A stretch of 64,000 nt of DNA from Macrostomum lignano (Eukaryota), in NCBI GenBank assembly GCA_002269645.1, contig NIVC01002792.1:136603-200602 (forward strand), given 5' to 3'. Below the pieces are notes generated by a model, which was given only the letters and a program-made list of their open reading frames with translations, was not told the DNA's origin and did not search any database. This document shows, in pieces, positions 23,311 to 35,560 of the stretch; the first letter of the stretch is position 1; each line of letters starts with the position of its first letter. A program made the position numbers and the translations under genes.

Positions 23311-23701
23311 TCAGGGGGACCCGTCGGTCTCGCCTGCAGCGCGGTCCTCCTCACCGACAGTGGGGAAGAAATCAGCTCGTCCGGTGTCCCTGAGGTACCG
23401 GGCGAGCAGTGGGATGCTCTTGGGCCTGCAAACGTCGGAGAGAACCGGGTTTGGCCCGAGGTGAGTAAGCCTGGCCTTGGTGAAAACCGGGCAGTGGCAG
23501 ATAAAATGCTCGGCGTTTTCACTGCCTGAGCGGCAGAAGGGGCACCGCTCCTCGGGTACTTGGCCCTGAAGGAAGCGGTGGCGAGAGAAGCAGCCATGCC
23601 CGGAGAGGGCCATGCTAACTGCTCTGAGGTCTCTGCGGTTGAGCCTGAGGAGGGCTCTACGCAGGAGAGGAGAGGGACAGGGGACGGCAGCACGGGATTG
23701 C
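23311..23701 (-). CDS. LINE ORF2 C-terminus (Zn-knuckle-like), separated by the Sola2 insertion
   Basis: RQSRAAVP...[10 protein letters not shown]...[19 protein letters not shown]. It joins in frame to 27092-30405 once the insert and one TSD copy are removed. Confidence 0.88.
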
Positions 23702-23705
23702 CTAC

Positions 23706-26700
23706 GGGTCATTCCAGATAAGGACGGTCGTAACATGTCACTGTATTTGGTCATATTTTTTCTAATAGGCGAAAGTATTTGAAACAAAAAACATGTGGTC
23801 TTGAAAGCACTTCGTATGGTCTTTCTTTTGCAAAAACAGTTGGCACAAATTGTTGTTTTATTAGGAGAATAATTAACAAAACATTCACATCCCGGTCGTA
23901 ACCAGTGAAAAACGTAGATCACGTTTTTAAAAAGTAAACTAAAAGTTTACTCAACATATTCATTGGAACCACAAGCGAGTGACAAAAATATGCTACAAAG
24001 AAATGAAACAACAGGTAAGCAATGTGATTCGCTTCTATTTTAGTACTTTTGATAGTTTAAAGTCAGTTTGTTAAAATCCCGGTCGTAACATCCCGGTCGT
24101 AACACTTTTGTCTCCCCGCAGTCACACTCGGGAATTATCAACAAAGTGGCGGTGAGTCAAGTAATATCGTTCTTTTCTTGAAAGGTACATGTCTTATGAT
24201 CGTTTGAAATGATAGTTAAACATTTGGTAAAAACTATTAAAACTTGTTTTGGACTTCAAGGTCAACGATAGCATTTTTTCAACATCTTTTATGACCTACA
24301 AAGTGACATTGAGTTTGATGGTACCCAAACACGCTAGATTTTGCATGCACTATTATAACACTGACAAATTAAATTTTCCCATTTCAGATCAGCAAAAACG
24401 TCGAAGTAAAAGCAGTAAAGTGAACACAATAAACATGGATGCAGAACCTGGAACCCAGAAAAGTAACATCCGGGTTCCAGGTTCTGCATCCATGTTTATT
24501 GTGTGGCAGTTGCTGTTGTTGCCCATCACTCAAAGTTGAATTTGAAGTGGCCACGGGCATCCAAGGGCACAGGGGGATCCAACAGCTTCTGGATGTCAGC
24601 CAGTGGGTAGTAAATACAGTCCTTGGACTTTGGCCAGGCGTAGTTCGTGTTGCCGCTTTTCACCATCACATTCACTTTGTATTCAAACACCCCCTCAGTG
24701 TCGTCCAGCTGCCGGATCTTCACAACCTGGCCAGGGAAAACCTCGCTTCATCATGCTGAAGCTTCATCATGAAACGGTTCTTGAACTGTGAAGCTGGGCC
24801 ATCACTCCAGAAGTGGACCACCTTGGGCTGCCGAGACTCACAGAACTTCTGGGAAGGAAAAGCAAGGGAGAAAGGGATGGGGATTGAGACAGAGAGACAG
24901 AGAGAGAGAGAGAATGGACTGGGACAAATGGAATTCCTGTAAAAAGTACATAACTATGCCTTACCTGCATCAGGTGCCGCAGGAAAGTTGAAATGGCCTC
25001 CTTGGAATGATGAAGGTGGTCGCTGACGATGGCCATCATCTTGCTGCCACCTGGCCAGTAAGCAGCAACAGTGAAAAGTGTTACCTGCGCCTGATTCCAG
25101 TAGGCGCTTTGGGCCATGTCCTGCTGGGAGCACGTGTAATTCTCGCTGAAATCGAAGTGCAGCAGGAGCTCTCCGTCGGCCAGCGCGTCCTTCTGGTTGC
25201 GAAAGAAGCTGGCCTGCACCTGCTTCGTCTGGTGGTGAAGGACGAAAGCAGGCAGCTGCTCAACCAGCATCTTGAACGTGTCGGCCACGGTGAGCTGCAC
25301 TGGCTGCTGCTGCACGCGGCCGTCCGCCCCGAAATCCCACTGGTGAAAGCGGACCACGTGCTCCTTCTCCTCATCAGTTGGTGACACCAGGCGGTGGTTG
25401 TCACCTGAAGCACAGCGCTGGCATTGGCCATTGTTGCAATCCAGAGTCGCCGGGTTGCAGAGGATGAATTCGCCTACCCAGCGCGACGAGTAGGACGGCA
25501 TGCCAGTGGCACCAGCCAGGGCACTGCAGAGACTGTTTTAATAGAATAATTTGAAATGGGTGGCAGTTTGTTAAGAAGTAATATTTAAGTATATGTAACT
25601 TAGTACATCTGTCATAATTATGTCGAACTACCTTTTGAAGTTCTCGTGCAGCTTGCAGCAGCAGGCCTCCAGCGGTGTCTTGGAAAATGTCAGGATGTGA
25701 CGTGGCCGCAGCTCGCAAAACTTCGACAGCGAGAGCTTGTGCTCTACATGCTCGTGGATGAACAGGTGGTGCAGCTCCTTCATGCCGGCCACCAGGTAGC
25801 GCTTCTGGATCTGCTGACCATTGACTTTGACGTACTCCTTCCGCCCAGGAGTCCAGCGGGAAACGTCTTCGCGATCAAAAAAGGCAGCCACAGCATCGAT
25901 GGTCTCGAATGGAATCCGCTCCCGGGAGATCTTCGGGGGTCAACCAGCTGCACGCCAAGGTTTTTGGCGAGCTGGCGAACGACTACGCGCTGGTGATCTA
26001 GTGATCTTGGCAGACCCTTCCAGGCGCTAGAGTGAAAGAAAGAAAGGGGAATGTTCTACAAAAAACATCTAGATACACATGTCACACATTGTTACAACCT
26101 ACAAACATAACTACCTAAAGGTGTCAAATTCAAATGCCAACTTACCGGTTCACAGCACGATTGAGTGTTTTGCTGCTGCTGTAGGTGGTGCTCTCAAGTG
26201 ACTCAGCCTCCTGCTGCTGCTGTTCCACCAGTTCACGCCGCCTCTGCCGCATGGCTTGCATCCGAGCTAGAGCTTGCTTCCGCTGCTTCTCAATCTTTGC
26301 AGGGTCCTTCTTCGCCTCACTCCTCCTATCCCGACTCCTCTTCTTCTCCTTCTCACGCAACTCGTCTCCCTTCCGAATCCTATAATCACGCTTGACTTCT
26401 TTTGATGGCTTTACCATAATGAATTCAAGTTAGAAAGTCACTTGGCTGTAAGAAAAATAACACACGGTCAGTATTTTGAATGAGGGAATAAAAATCAACA
26501 TGAAAAAACAAATGGTATCATTGTGTTACGACCATGTTACGACCAGGATATCCCGGTCGTAACCTAACTTTACACATAAAATAGAGTACAAAATGCATAT
26601 CGAACTGTGTCAATACTTCTGTATCACACCAATATACATGTGTTTCAAATGAAAACCATTCCCGATGTTAATTTTTTCAAAGAGACAGTCACCAAAAAAA

Positions 26701-27091
26701 CTTTTCAACTTTCTATATCCCGGTCGTAACACATGAATTACATCACAATAAACTGTTTCATACTATCTTTCAAGCTATGTTTAAACTGCTAAAAACGTTT
26801 TTTTTTACTTTCATATACTGAAACATTAGTTATATGCCAGAAAACGACTTCTATAGTTAGTAACTATTAAATTGCAAAGCTTAAAACTTTATACCTATCA
26901 GCGTACCTATTCAGAATGTATGCATTACATAGACTTTGGAGTAGAAAAAAAGGAACAAAAATGCCATATCTTCATTAAAGTTCAATAAAAACATAAAATA
27001 TAGACTCTCACTAAGCACTTTAAGCAAAGTTGGTGCTTCTACATCAGTTTTAATTTTTTTCCCATTGTGTCCTTTTCTCGTGGAATGACCC
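23706..27091 (-). mobile_element. Sola2-like DNA transposon (3386 bp), defective, nested in LINE ORF2
   Basis: 11-bp TIR GGGTCATTCCA/TGGAATGACCC; 4-bp TSD CTAC; repeated subterminal CCCGGTCGTAAC motifs. Transposase motifs DFSENY..QSAYW..QVTLF, SDHLHH and WSDGPASQFKNR. Confidence 0.8.
24526..26417 (-). pseudogene. Spliced Sola2-like transposase with a frameshift and an internal deletion
   Basis: Phase-consistent exons 26146-26417, 25632-26026, 24965-25532 and 24526-24848. A 1-nt frameshift lies near 25935-25939, and a deletion junction at 24745-24771. Confidence 0.75.
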
Positions 27092-30000
27092 CTACAATTC
27101 CGGGTGTCGTGCCACCTGTGGAGATGCTCGGAGTCAGCCCAGCGCTTAACGCGAGAATTGATCACCGAGGCGGGGATGGGGGCACCCGGGCCCGGCCCCA
27201 ATAGCGCGCCGGCGGAGCCAGCCTTGGCCAGCAGGTCAGCGCGCTCGTTGCCGAGGAAGCCGGCGTGGCCCGGGATCCATCTGAGCTCCACCTGGTTGCC
27301 TAGCGCAAGCCCGTTGAGCTGGGTGTTGCAGTCCAGGACGGACCTGGAGCTGGCGGTGCTGCGGCAGAGGGCCCGAAGGGCTGCTTGGCTGTCAGAGTGA
27401 AAAATAAATTTCCGGCCGCTAAGCTGCCTTCGGCGCAGCTCTGCCGCGCAGGAGCTGATGGCAAGCACCTCGCTCTGAAAAACACTGGAGTTGAGCCCAG
27501 TGTGCTGGGAGTAGCTCCACACCACTTCTCCCTTGAAGAAGACGCAAGCTCCGAAGCCTGAAAGACCATGCCTCATAGAGCCGTCAGTGTAACAGTGGAC
27601 TTCAGAGTCGCTCCAGCTGTCACTCGCCTCGTGTCGAGGCTGAATGGTGACCTTATACCTTTGGCTCAGGAGAAGGGTGGCTGGGATCGAGTCCGTGAGG
27701 ATGTTGAGCCCGCCACACTCCTCGAGAGCCTTGAGGCAGAGGTCAGAGTGCGGGATAAGCGACCGCTTCTTAAAGGCCCGCACTTTCTTGAAGGCCACCC
27801 CAGCATCCAGAAGACGCCGGGTGCTCTTCGCCGCCTCTCCTTTGATATAAATATCCAAAGGAGGGGCACAGAGAAAGGCATTCATGCCTTCAAAAGGAGC
27901 AGAGGGTGGAGCGCCCATAGTCATGCGGCAGGCTCTGCCCTGGATTTTGTAGAGAGCGTCGAGGTTGCTCTTGACGCTCAGGCCGCTAGCCCACACGAGG
28001 CTGGCGTAACTGATCGAGGGGCGGATGATGGCAGTGTAAATCCACCACAGCTTCCTGGGGGTGAGCCCCCAGGTGGTGCCCACGGCGCGCCTGATCTGAG
28101 CCAGTACAGCCAGGGCTTTTTTGGCTTTAGTTTGAATGTGCGGAGTCCAGTTAAGCCTGTGGTCCAGAGTGAGGCCCAGGCAGCGGACCTGCTTCTCCAT
28201 GGAAATATTCTTTCCATAGAGGGTGAGGGGCTTAATGGTCCAGAGCAGTTTGTTGGTAAACATGACTGCTGTGGTTTTCGACTCTGAGAGTCTAAGGCCA
28301 CATTGGTCTGCCCAACGCTCCGCTCGTCCCAGAAAGCCCTGCAGAAGGTCTCTGATGGTATCAACCGAGGGGCCCGCGCATATCGCGGTCACATCATCGG
28401 CATAGCCCACCTTGAGAATGGGGTCGTGGAGATCACTGCAAAGCAACTCATCCATGACCATGTTCCAGAGAACGGGGGTGAGAACGCCGCCCTGGGGGCC
28501 CCCTTTCAGGACAGGCACCGAAAGAGAGCTGCCGCTCAGGTGGGCCACAACAGTGCGGTTTCGGATCATGAACATGATCCACCGGACAAGGTGAGGGTGC
28601 GTGGCCCTGGATTCCAGGGCTCTGCAAAAGGCCTCGAAGATGACGTTGTCGAAGGCCTCCTCAATGTCCAGGAAAAGCGAGAGGGCAAAGCCGCTGCCAA
28701 GAACGGCCCTCTCCAGGAAGTCAACAATGACATGGAGAGCACTCTCGGTTGACCTGCCCGCGCGGAAGGCGTGCTGGTTCTGCGAGAGTGGGAAGCGCTT
28801 CAGCTCGACCGAAAGTAGGCGCCAAAGCACCAGTCTCTCGAGGAGCTTGAGGCAGAAAGAAGTGAGGCTGATAGGCCTGAAGGCCTTCACCGATTGGTAG
28901 TCGCTCTTTCCAGGCTTGGGGATAAAGACCACCCGGGCCTCTCTCCATGCAACTGGTACATAGCCCAGCTCCATACAAGCTCGAAGGAGACGACAGAGCA
29001 GGTCCAGGAAGCGGTGGTTTTTCACCGCCTCGTGCAAGAACGCTGGGTAGATGCCGTTGGGCCCAGGCGCCTTGAACGGGTTAAAGGACCTTGCCGCTCT
29101 AATAATGCGGTCTTTGGTGATCATAGACTTTGCTAGGCCTTGCCCTCCCACTGTGTGGTCGGGCGGGCCCTGCTGAGTCGGAGATTTAGGGAAAAAACTG
29201 TTGAGCATGAGCTCTAGAGTCTCTTCCGAACTCTCTGTGACCGAGCCGTCAGTTCTCTTCACAACAGAGAGTTTAGAAAAACGGTCATTAGTGAGTGCCT
29301 TAACCACGCGGGCTACGGGGCGAGAGCCCTCAAACCCTTCGCAATATTGGCGCCACTTGGCCGTCTTGGCCCTTCTGACTTGGCCCTTAAACTCGTGGAT
29401 CGCACGGGTATAGGCCTCTCTGTCAGATGGGTCTTTGGTTTTGAGCGCTCGCCTTTGGAGGGTCCTGGCTCGGCGCCGAAGGGCCCCGAGCTCTGGGTTC
29501 CACCAGGGAGCAGATTTCTTGCCTTTATAGGCCTTTAGGGGGCAGGCTGCTTCAAAGGCAGTGGTGATCGCCCCGCCCAGGGAGGAGGCGAGATCGTCCA
29601 CCACCTGGCAGTCAGAGAGGTCACTGGGGGGGTCAAGATCCCGAAGGCCGCGGCTCAGCTTCGAGCCAAAGGCGGCCCAATCGGTGTTTCTGACGTTCCG
29701 ACTCCAAGTGACCTTAGGCTTTTGCTTGGTCGGCCCAATGCAAAAGCGGATAAAGCGGTGGTCCGAGAGTGAGTCCTCGTCCCACACTCGCCAGCCCGTA
29801 ACTGCGGAAAGCAGTCCGGGTGAGGCGATGGTGGTGTCGATGACTTCGGCCCACCGCCCATTATTGAACGTTGGTGCATTGCCCACGTTACAGAAGTTGA
29901 GGTTAGTGCTGCTGACATAGGCCAGCAGCTCCTCGCCTCTGCTATTGATGTTCTTGCTGCCCCAATGCAGGTGGTGTGTGTTCACATCCCCTGCAATGAG

Positions 30001-30405
30001 CAGCTCGAACCGATGGGACGCAGCATAGTCAGTAAGGTTGACTAACGCGTCGCAGACAACTGGGGCATCGCCCGGGAAATAGGCAGAAGCTACCAGCATA
30101 GGTTTATTGGGAATGAGGTTATTGATTTGAACAACACAGATGTCCCCAGTCGAGAGATCAGGTCTCATCCATGCCTCAAAAGCTTTTGCAGCAAAGACCA
30201 GAGATCTTGGGCGAGGCTGAGAGCCCGCCATGCAAAAACAGTGGTAGCCAGATGGCACATTATTTGGCTTACCTTTAGTCATCCAGGGCTCCTGTACGAA
30301 GACCAGGCCCGGAAGCTGTTGCTCTGCCGTGCGCATCAGGTTGACCGACGCCGCCACGCAGTGCTGGGTGTTGATCTGCAGACACCAGGTAGTCGTTGGC
30401 ATCAT
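27092..30405 (-). CDS. LINE ORF2: APE endonuclease, reverse transcriptase and RNase H
   Basis: LQINTQH/VQEPW/GDVN/SDH (APE); QGGVLTP and YADD (RT); YTDGS..EVLAI..SDSQAAL..WIPGHAGFLGNERAD (RNase H). Confidence 0.95.
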
Positions 30406-30726
30406 TGCAGATCGGATGTTGCAGCCGCCAGGAGTTCCTCCTCCTCCTCGGCGCTCACCGGCTTCGGGTCGGGGTCGCCGGTGTCCATGGGCTCTTCTTC
30501 AGCAAAAAGGCCCCCGATTGGCCGGAAGGCAGTAGGCAGCGTTCGCCGCCCTTTGCCCACCATCCATGGGGTCCTCCGCCTCAGATTGGCCCAATGCCCT
30601 GGAGCAGCCAGCCGCCTGGGCAGGCGGGTCCGTCTCCAGTCGGCCCTGTCCCGAGGGGTTGGGCCCAGCTGGGACGTCCCCACCCTCCCTGGACGAACTG
30701 GTGCGCCTAGGCGTCCCGGCGACCTC

Positions 30727-31923
30727 TCACCTCAGCTGGGAGATTTTGGCGGTACGGACTGCCTCAGCTGCACGCTGGTACAGGCTGCGCCGCTTGGTGC
30801 TACGCGCCGGGCGTCGGTCGCCTCCGCCCTCAGCAGTGCGCTCAGCTTTGCCCGCGCGGCCGTGCTGCCAGGCAGGGCGGTTTGCTTTGGCAGTCTGAGC
30901 AGAGGCTTGCGCCTCGGCCCCGGCCGCCTCCGCATCCCGCCCGCCCTGCTCACTGCCACGGGGAGGGTCGGCCTCGTAGGAGCGGATGCGCAGCTTCCAA
31001 AGGCCGACGTTGATGAAGCTGCCGTGTGGATAACGCCTCATCCAGGCGTCCGACAGCCCCAGGATGGCTGTGAAGCCAGTGCCGTCGGTGCGCTTAAGGG
31101 TGTCATGCACCACTAGGCCCGCGGCGGGAAGCTCCCAGTTGACTGCTAGCAGTCCTTTCCGGAGCTCGTCAGCAGAGGTAACAACGCTCCTGGCCAGGAC
31201 CCAGATTCGATGCCTCTTGGTCCGGGGGCGCTCGTCCTCTCTGCAGAAGGCTAGGTTGAGGTCCCAGCTCTGCTCGGGCAGCAGCTCAAGGAGCCGCCGA
31301 CCCGAGTCAGCATCACTGGGCCAAATGAGAAGGCACGAGTCCCTCGTCGCATTCGAATGAATGTTCAGAGGCGTGCCCTTCAGAGTTTGCTTCCACAGGA
31401 GGCCATCAACGGCACTTCTCACCTGCTTCAGCTGATCGGGAGACAGGCGCGCGTCCTTTCCCAGGATGACAACCGCCGGTTGCCTCTTTGCCGCATCAGC
31501 GTAGGAGGCCCGGGGGTCAGTGGAGCTTTCTTCAGGTGGGCTGTCCACCCTCCCGGCTGCATCGGCCTCCCTATCCTGGGCAGGGGCTTCCGTGGGCTCG
31601 AGGCCCTCTTCCGCCACCGCCCCAGACTGGGAAGCTTCCGCTGCCGCGGGCCGTTGGCCCCTGGCACCGGTTTGGCTTCCACCCTCCTTGGCCCGCCTCG
31701 CCTTGTTAAGTCGACGGCGGGCAGCTCCAGAGGTGGTGCTGCGTTTCTTAGCAGCTGGAATAGCAGGTGTCTTCTCAGAGGCACCGCTCAGAGTTGGCTC
31801 CACGGGTCTCGCCGAGGCGTCCCCGATGGTAGCAGGTGGTATGGCCGAGGAGTCCACGGCCCCAGCCGAGGCCGGAGGCACTGTGTCATCCACAGCCGGT
31901 TTGTTACTTTGGTTAGAAGCCAT
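30727..31923 (-). CDS. LINE ORF1 (gag-like), 398 aa up to a TGA; a decayed C-terminal tail continues to 30402
   Basis: Upstream of ORF2 in the same orientation; contains SGAARRR and SYADAAK motifs typical of LOA-type ORF1s. Confidence 0.75.
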   Translation of the reverse strand: MASNQSNKPAVDDTVPPASAGAVDSSAIPPATIGDASARPVEPTLSGASEKTPAIPAAKKRSTTSGAARRRLNKARRAKEGGSQTGARGQRPAAAEASQSGAVAEEGLEPTEAPAQDREADAAGRVDSPPEESSTDPRASYADAAKRQPAVVILGKDARLSPDQLKQVRSAVDGLLWKQTLKGTPLNIHSNATRDSCLLIWPSDADSGRRLLELLPEQSWDLNLAFCREDERPRTKRHRIWVLARSVVTSADELRKGLLAVNWELPAAGLVVHDTLKRTDGTGFTAILGLSDAWMRRYPHGSFINVGLWKLRIRSYEADPPRGSEQGGRDAEAAGAEAQASAQTAKANRPAWQHGRAGKAERTAEGGGDRRPARSTKRRSLYQRAAEAVRTAKISQLR

Positions 31924-32900
31924 TGGCTGGAAGTAAAAAGGTGGGACTTCCTGCAGAACACAGGCAAAGAGCCGCAAGGCCGCAACCCCAAACCAAGTGG
32001 CAGGCCCCCAAAAAGCAAAATACCACCCTGCGGGGGGACCCAAAAGCGCAAGGGGAACTGTTAGCGACCAGACTACTCCCTGGCTAAGCGTCCATCAGCA
32101 CGGAGTTACACTGGGACATTAGAGGGTGCGTTTATGGTCACACCAGGACCCGGCGCCAACGAATCAGCTCGGCAGGGCCCAAGGGGGCCTGCCTTAACAC
32201 CCACGGGATGAGTACCCTTCGAAGTGCACCTTGCAAGGTGAAAATCAGGAGACAGAGTCTCTTGAGCTATCAGCCCGCCAGGGGAGGCAGGTGTGAGCAT
32301 CGCTGGCTGGGATAAAGGCCATACCAGTCTCATACTGCACAGATAGTTCACCACGCCATTACGTGCAGGACCCGGGGTCCTGGGGGCAACAGCCCCGGCG
32401 GTATTTGTGAGTCTAATAGATATACTATGTACAAAGTTTTTGCATTGATAGGACATCTGTGGATTACTATTTTTAGACTATTAACAGGCCAAGCATATTT
32501 GCTGCAATTCTACTTGTAATAGCATAATGTGCAAACCAAAATTTGGCTTCTAAATCTAAAGTTTTTTATCCAATTTTTTTGTTTTTTTTTGCAAATTTAA
32601 AACAAAACTAGTTTGTTTTGGAATTGCTATTCATAGAAAAAAATTATTGTTATAATAAGTGCTAATAATAATTTATTATGTTTTATTTACTTAAATTATG
32701 ATTATTCATTTGTATATAATAACTTTACAAACTAAACCAAGTGGTATGAATGTATCAAAAAGTAATAAAATAGGTAGCAAAGGTATAGTAAAAATAAAAC
32801 TATTATTCTATGAGCTCGTAGATATAACACAATGTAAAAAAGTAAACAAAAAGCATCTTAAATTTTACAATATGTACTAATCAATAGTCCTGACAAAAAG

Positions 32901-33043
32901 CAGTTGCGCAGCCAAAGGAGGGCATAGCCTCCCAAAGCCCTAAAATTTTAAAAATGCCATTGCTGTTTATATAAAATACTGCTGTGGTATCATTGTGGAT
33001 AGCCTTGTCCCTCCCCTCCCAAAAAAATCCTGGCTATGCCACT
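32901..33043. mobile_element. Short MITE with CAGT(G/T)GCG/TATGCCACTG termini
   Basis: Imperfect TIRs CAGTTGCGCAGCCA / TGGCTATGCCACTG; TSD is degenerate. Confidence 0.55.
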
Positions 33044-33446
33044 GACAAAGTAGTATGAAACAAAGAAAAATACATGTGATAAGGTATACAAAAAGTAAAT
33101 AATTTTAATAAGCTTAGCCTTCATTCTTTATCCTTATAGCTATTGCTGTTGCTAAATATATAAGAATATCTTGGCTTAGGGTGCTGGGAAGCTTAGAGTG
33201 CAGTTGGTCTACATGACAGCCTGACCCCAGTTAATCCGGCACTGTATCTCTGGGGCCAGGTACTTGTTCAGCATTCTTTTACACATGTCATGCACTGTTG
33301 CTAAACAGCAGGCATAAAGGCTTAGAATGTATTAAAAGTTGAATTAGAATATTAAAATTTTAGATTAAATTTCCATTAGAAAAAATACAATGCAACAAAT
33401 TTAAATTTCTAAAAATCTCTCTTTAACAGCTGTCATGTAGACCAAA

Positions 33447-35560
33447 TCCCTCAAACAACAGAGTAACAATTGATGAAAAATTTATCATACACTTTCAAAA
33501 TCTTGTAACTGAACAAGACAGCAGCATTAGACTTTCATACAATCTTCACCTTGACAACCCTATTCTGGCTGATTTAGAGGATTTCAATGCCCCATTCACC
33601 AAAGAAGAAGTTATAAAACATATTAAAAAGCTCAAAACCGACAAAGCACCTGGGCACGATAAAGTATATGTAGAAACACTCAAATACCTCGAGAACGAAC
33701 TTGCTGACCTCCTATGCTCACTTTTCAACGAAGCACTCAAACAAGGAACCTTCCCAACTAGTTGGATAACAAATACACTTCATCCGATTTATAAAAACAA
33801 AGGCAGCAGTGCCGACCCCAACAATTACAGAGGAATCTGCATTCAACCAATTCTTGGCAAGCTCTTTTGCCAAATTATTAAATCCAGACTCGAAAACCTA
33901 GCATACGCAAACAATCTTATATCAAAATACCAATACGGTTTCAAGCCCAATCACAGCACAATCGACCAATGTTTTAATCTTTACAACATTATAAACCAAT
34001 CCATCTACAACAAAGAAGAACTCTTTATTGGATTTGTTGACTATGAAAAAGCCTTCGATAGCTTAAATCAACCGACCCTTTGGCACAAAACGGATAACCA
34101 GGGTATTAAAGGTCAAATGACGGAACTTATCAAGAACATGCATAAAAATGCCTGCTTCATTCTAAAAAATGATGATGATGATGATGAAACCCAGCCAATC
34201 CCAATATCAAAAGGTGTTCTTCAAGGCAACCCTCTCTCTACCATCCTTTTTGAACTATATATTGACGACATTGTTGAATATCTTGAACTCTCTAGCGCTA
34301 GGCGCTCTCTTACGAGATCTGCTTTCCCACTCATCCTACTCTTTGCAGACGATCAAGCCATTCTAGCTAAAAACAAAGACGAACTTCAAGACACATTTAC
34401 GACTATGGAAAATTACTGCAAACAAAATTACTTGAAAGTAAACGCAAGCAAAACAAAGTTCATGCAGGGCAATACCAGACAAAAAACGACGCAGAAAGCA
34501 TTGCTACAAAAATATACTACGACAACCAAGAAATAGAGGAAGTAAATGAATTTAAATACCTAAGAATTATTTTTGAACCAAAAAACAGCTTTAAAAAATG
34601 TATTGAACACCAAACTAAGCAGGGATATACAGCCATGTTTTCCCTACTCCATAGGGTAAAGAATACGTCCCTAGACATCACACTCATTCGCAGACTATTT
34701 GACGCGCTTGTTACCCCCGTTATCACTTACGGTTGTGAGCTCTGGGGCCCTCTGGCTACCATGTCTGATACAAAAGCTATTGATAATATTCAGCTGAAGT
34801 TCTACAAATATCTCCTCAATCTACCAAAATTTGCTAGCAACAGTATGATATCATCAGAACTTGAGCTTACTCCAATCTCTCAACAAATCGCTAAAACCTA
34901 CCTCATCTACTGGCTGAAGATTAGACACAAAAAACTCTGCCAAACGACTCTAGAAATTTTCTACTCAAACACCAGCCAAAAAAATCCATGGAAAACAAAT
35001 GTACTAAAGAAACTGGAAAGTATAGACTTAAAAGCACTAACTGAAGATAAACTTTCCCAAAGCTTTAATAACGATAAATACCTAGTGAAAAAGCACCTCA
35101 AGATACACAGAGAAAGAGAACTTAGCCAAAAGCTAGAGAATCAGCAACATATTAAACTCTACAAAAATGCCTATCTCTACAAAAAAATCTGCAAGCCCAA
35201 CCTTTCAGATTACTTTCCATGCACTTTTAGAAACAAAAAATTCTTAACAACCCTCCTAAAACTGAAATGCGAAATTACACCCAACATTTTCTCTCATGAA
35301 GCATGTAGACTGTGTGGAGCGAGAAATGGTTCCGATATCCTACACTACTTGACTGAATGTCCACAAACTGAAAAGATCAGAAAAAAATACTTCTGTCAGT
35401 ACCTCTTAAATGACAAGCAAGTACACAAGTTAGGATATGCTACAAATGAAAAAAGAGTCAGAAAAGAGCTCACTGGTGTAGCTAAAATATATGAAGTCAT
35501 GAATAGCTAAAACAGTTATGCAAACTGAAACAGACATATCAGCAGTGTAATAAATCCGCT
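33447..35560 (+). mobile_element. 5'-truncated, frameshifted LINE RT (CR1/L2/RTE-X-like, clade uncertain)
   Basis: KAPGHD, NNYRGI, QYGFKPNHST, FVDYEKAFDS, GVLQGNPLS and LLFADD are present. Frameshift near 34500, then LVTPVITYGCELWG; AATAAA follows the stop at 35510. Confidence 0.88.

Larger units (their letters stand above)
23197..32399 (-). mobile_element. Full-length non-LTR retrotransposon (about 5.8 kb without the nested insert), RNase H-bearing, LOA/R1-group-like
   Basis: 15-bp TSD GGTATTT[A/G]TGAGTCT at 23182-23196 and 32400-32414; ORF1, ORF2, and a short (TAAGTCAAG)2 tail at the 3' end. Confidence 0.92.

Noticed and set aside
27568-31116. Plus-strand ORFs overlapping the LINE, and antisense ORFs over the sGC, ZNF and IAP exons
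   Set aside because: Shadow ORFs of GC-rich coding sequence with no recognisable motifs.
32044-32399. HDV-like ribozyme in the LINE 5' UTR
   Set aside because: GC-rich hairpins exist (for example CCTGCC-TCCCCT-GGCGGG), but I could not assemble the P1/P1.1/P2/P3 nested pseudoknot by hand; an RNArobo or Infernal search would decide.
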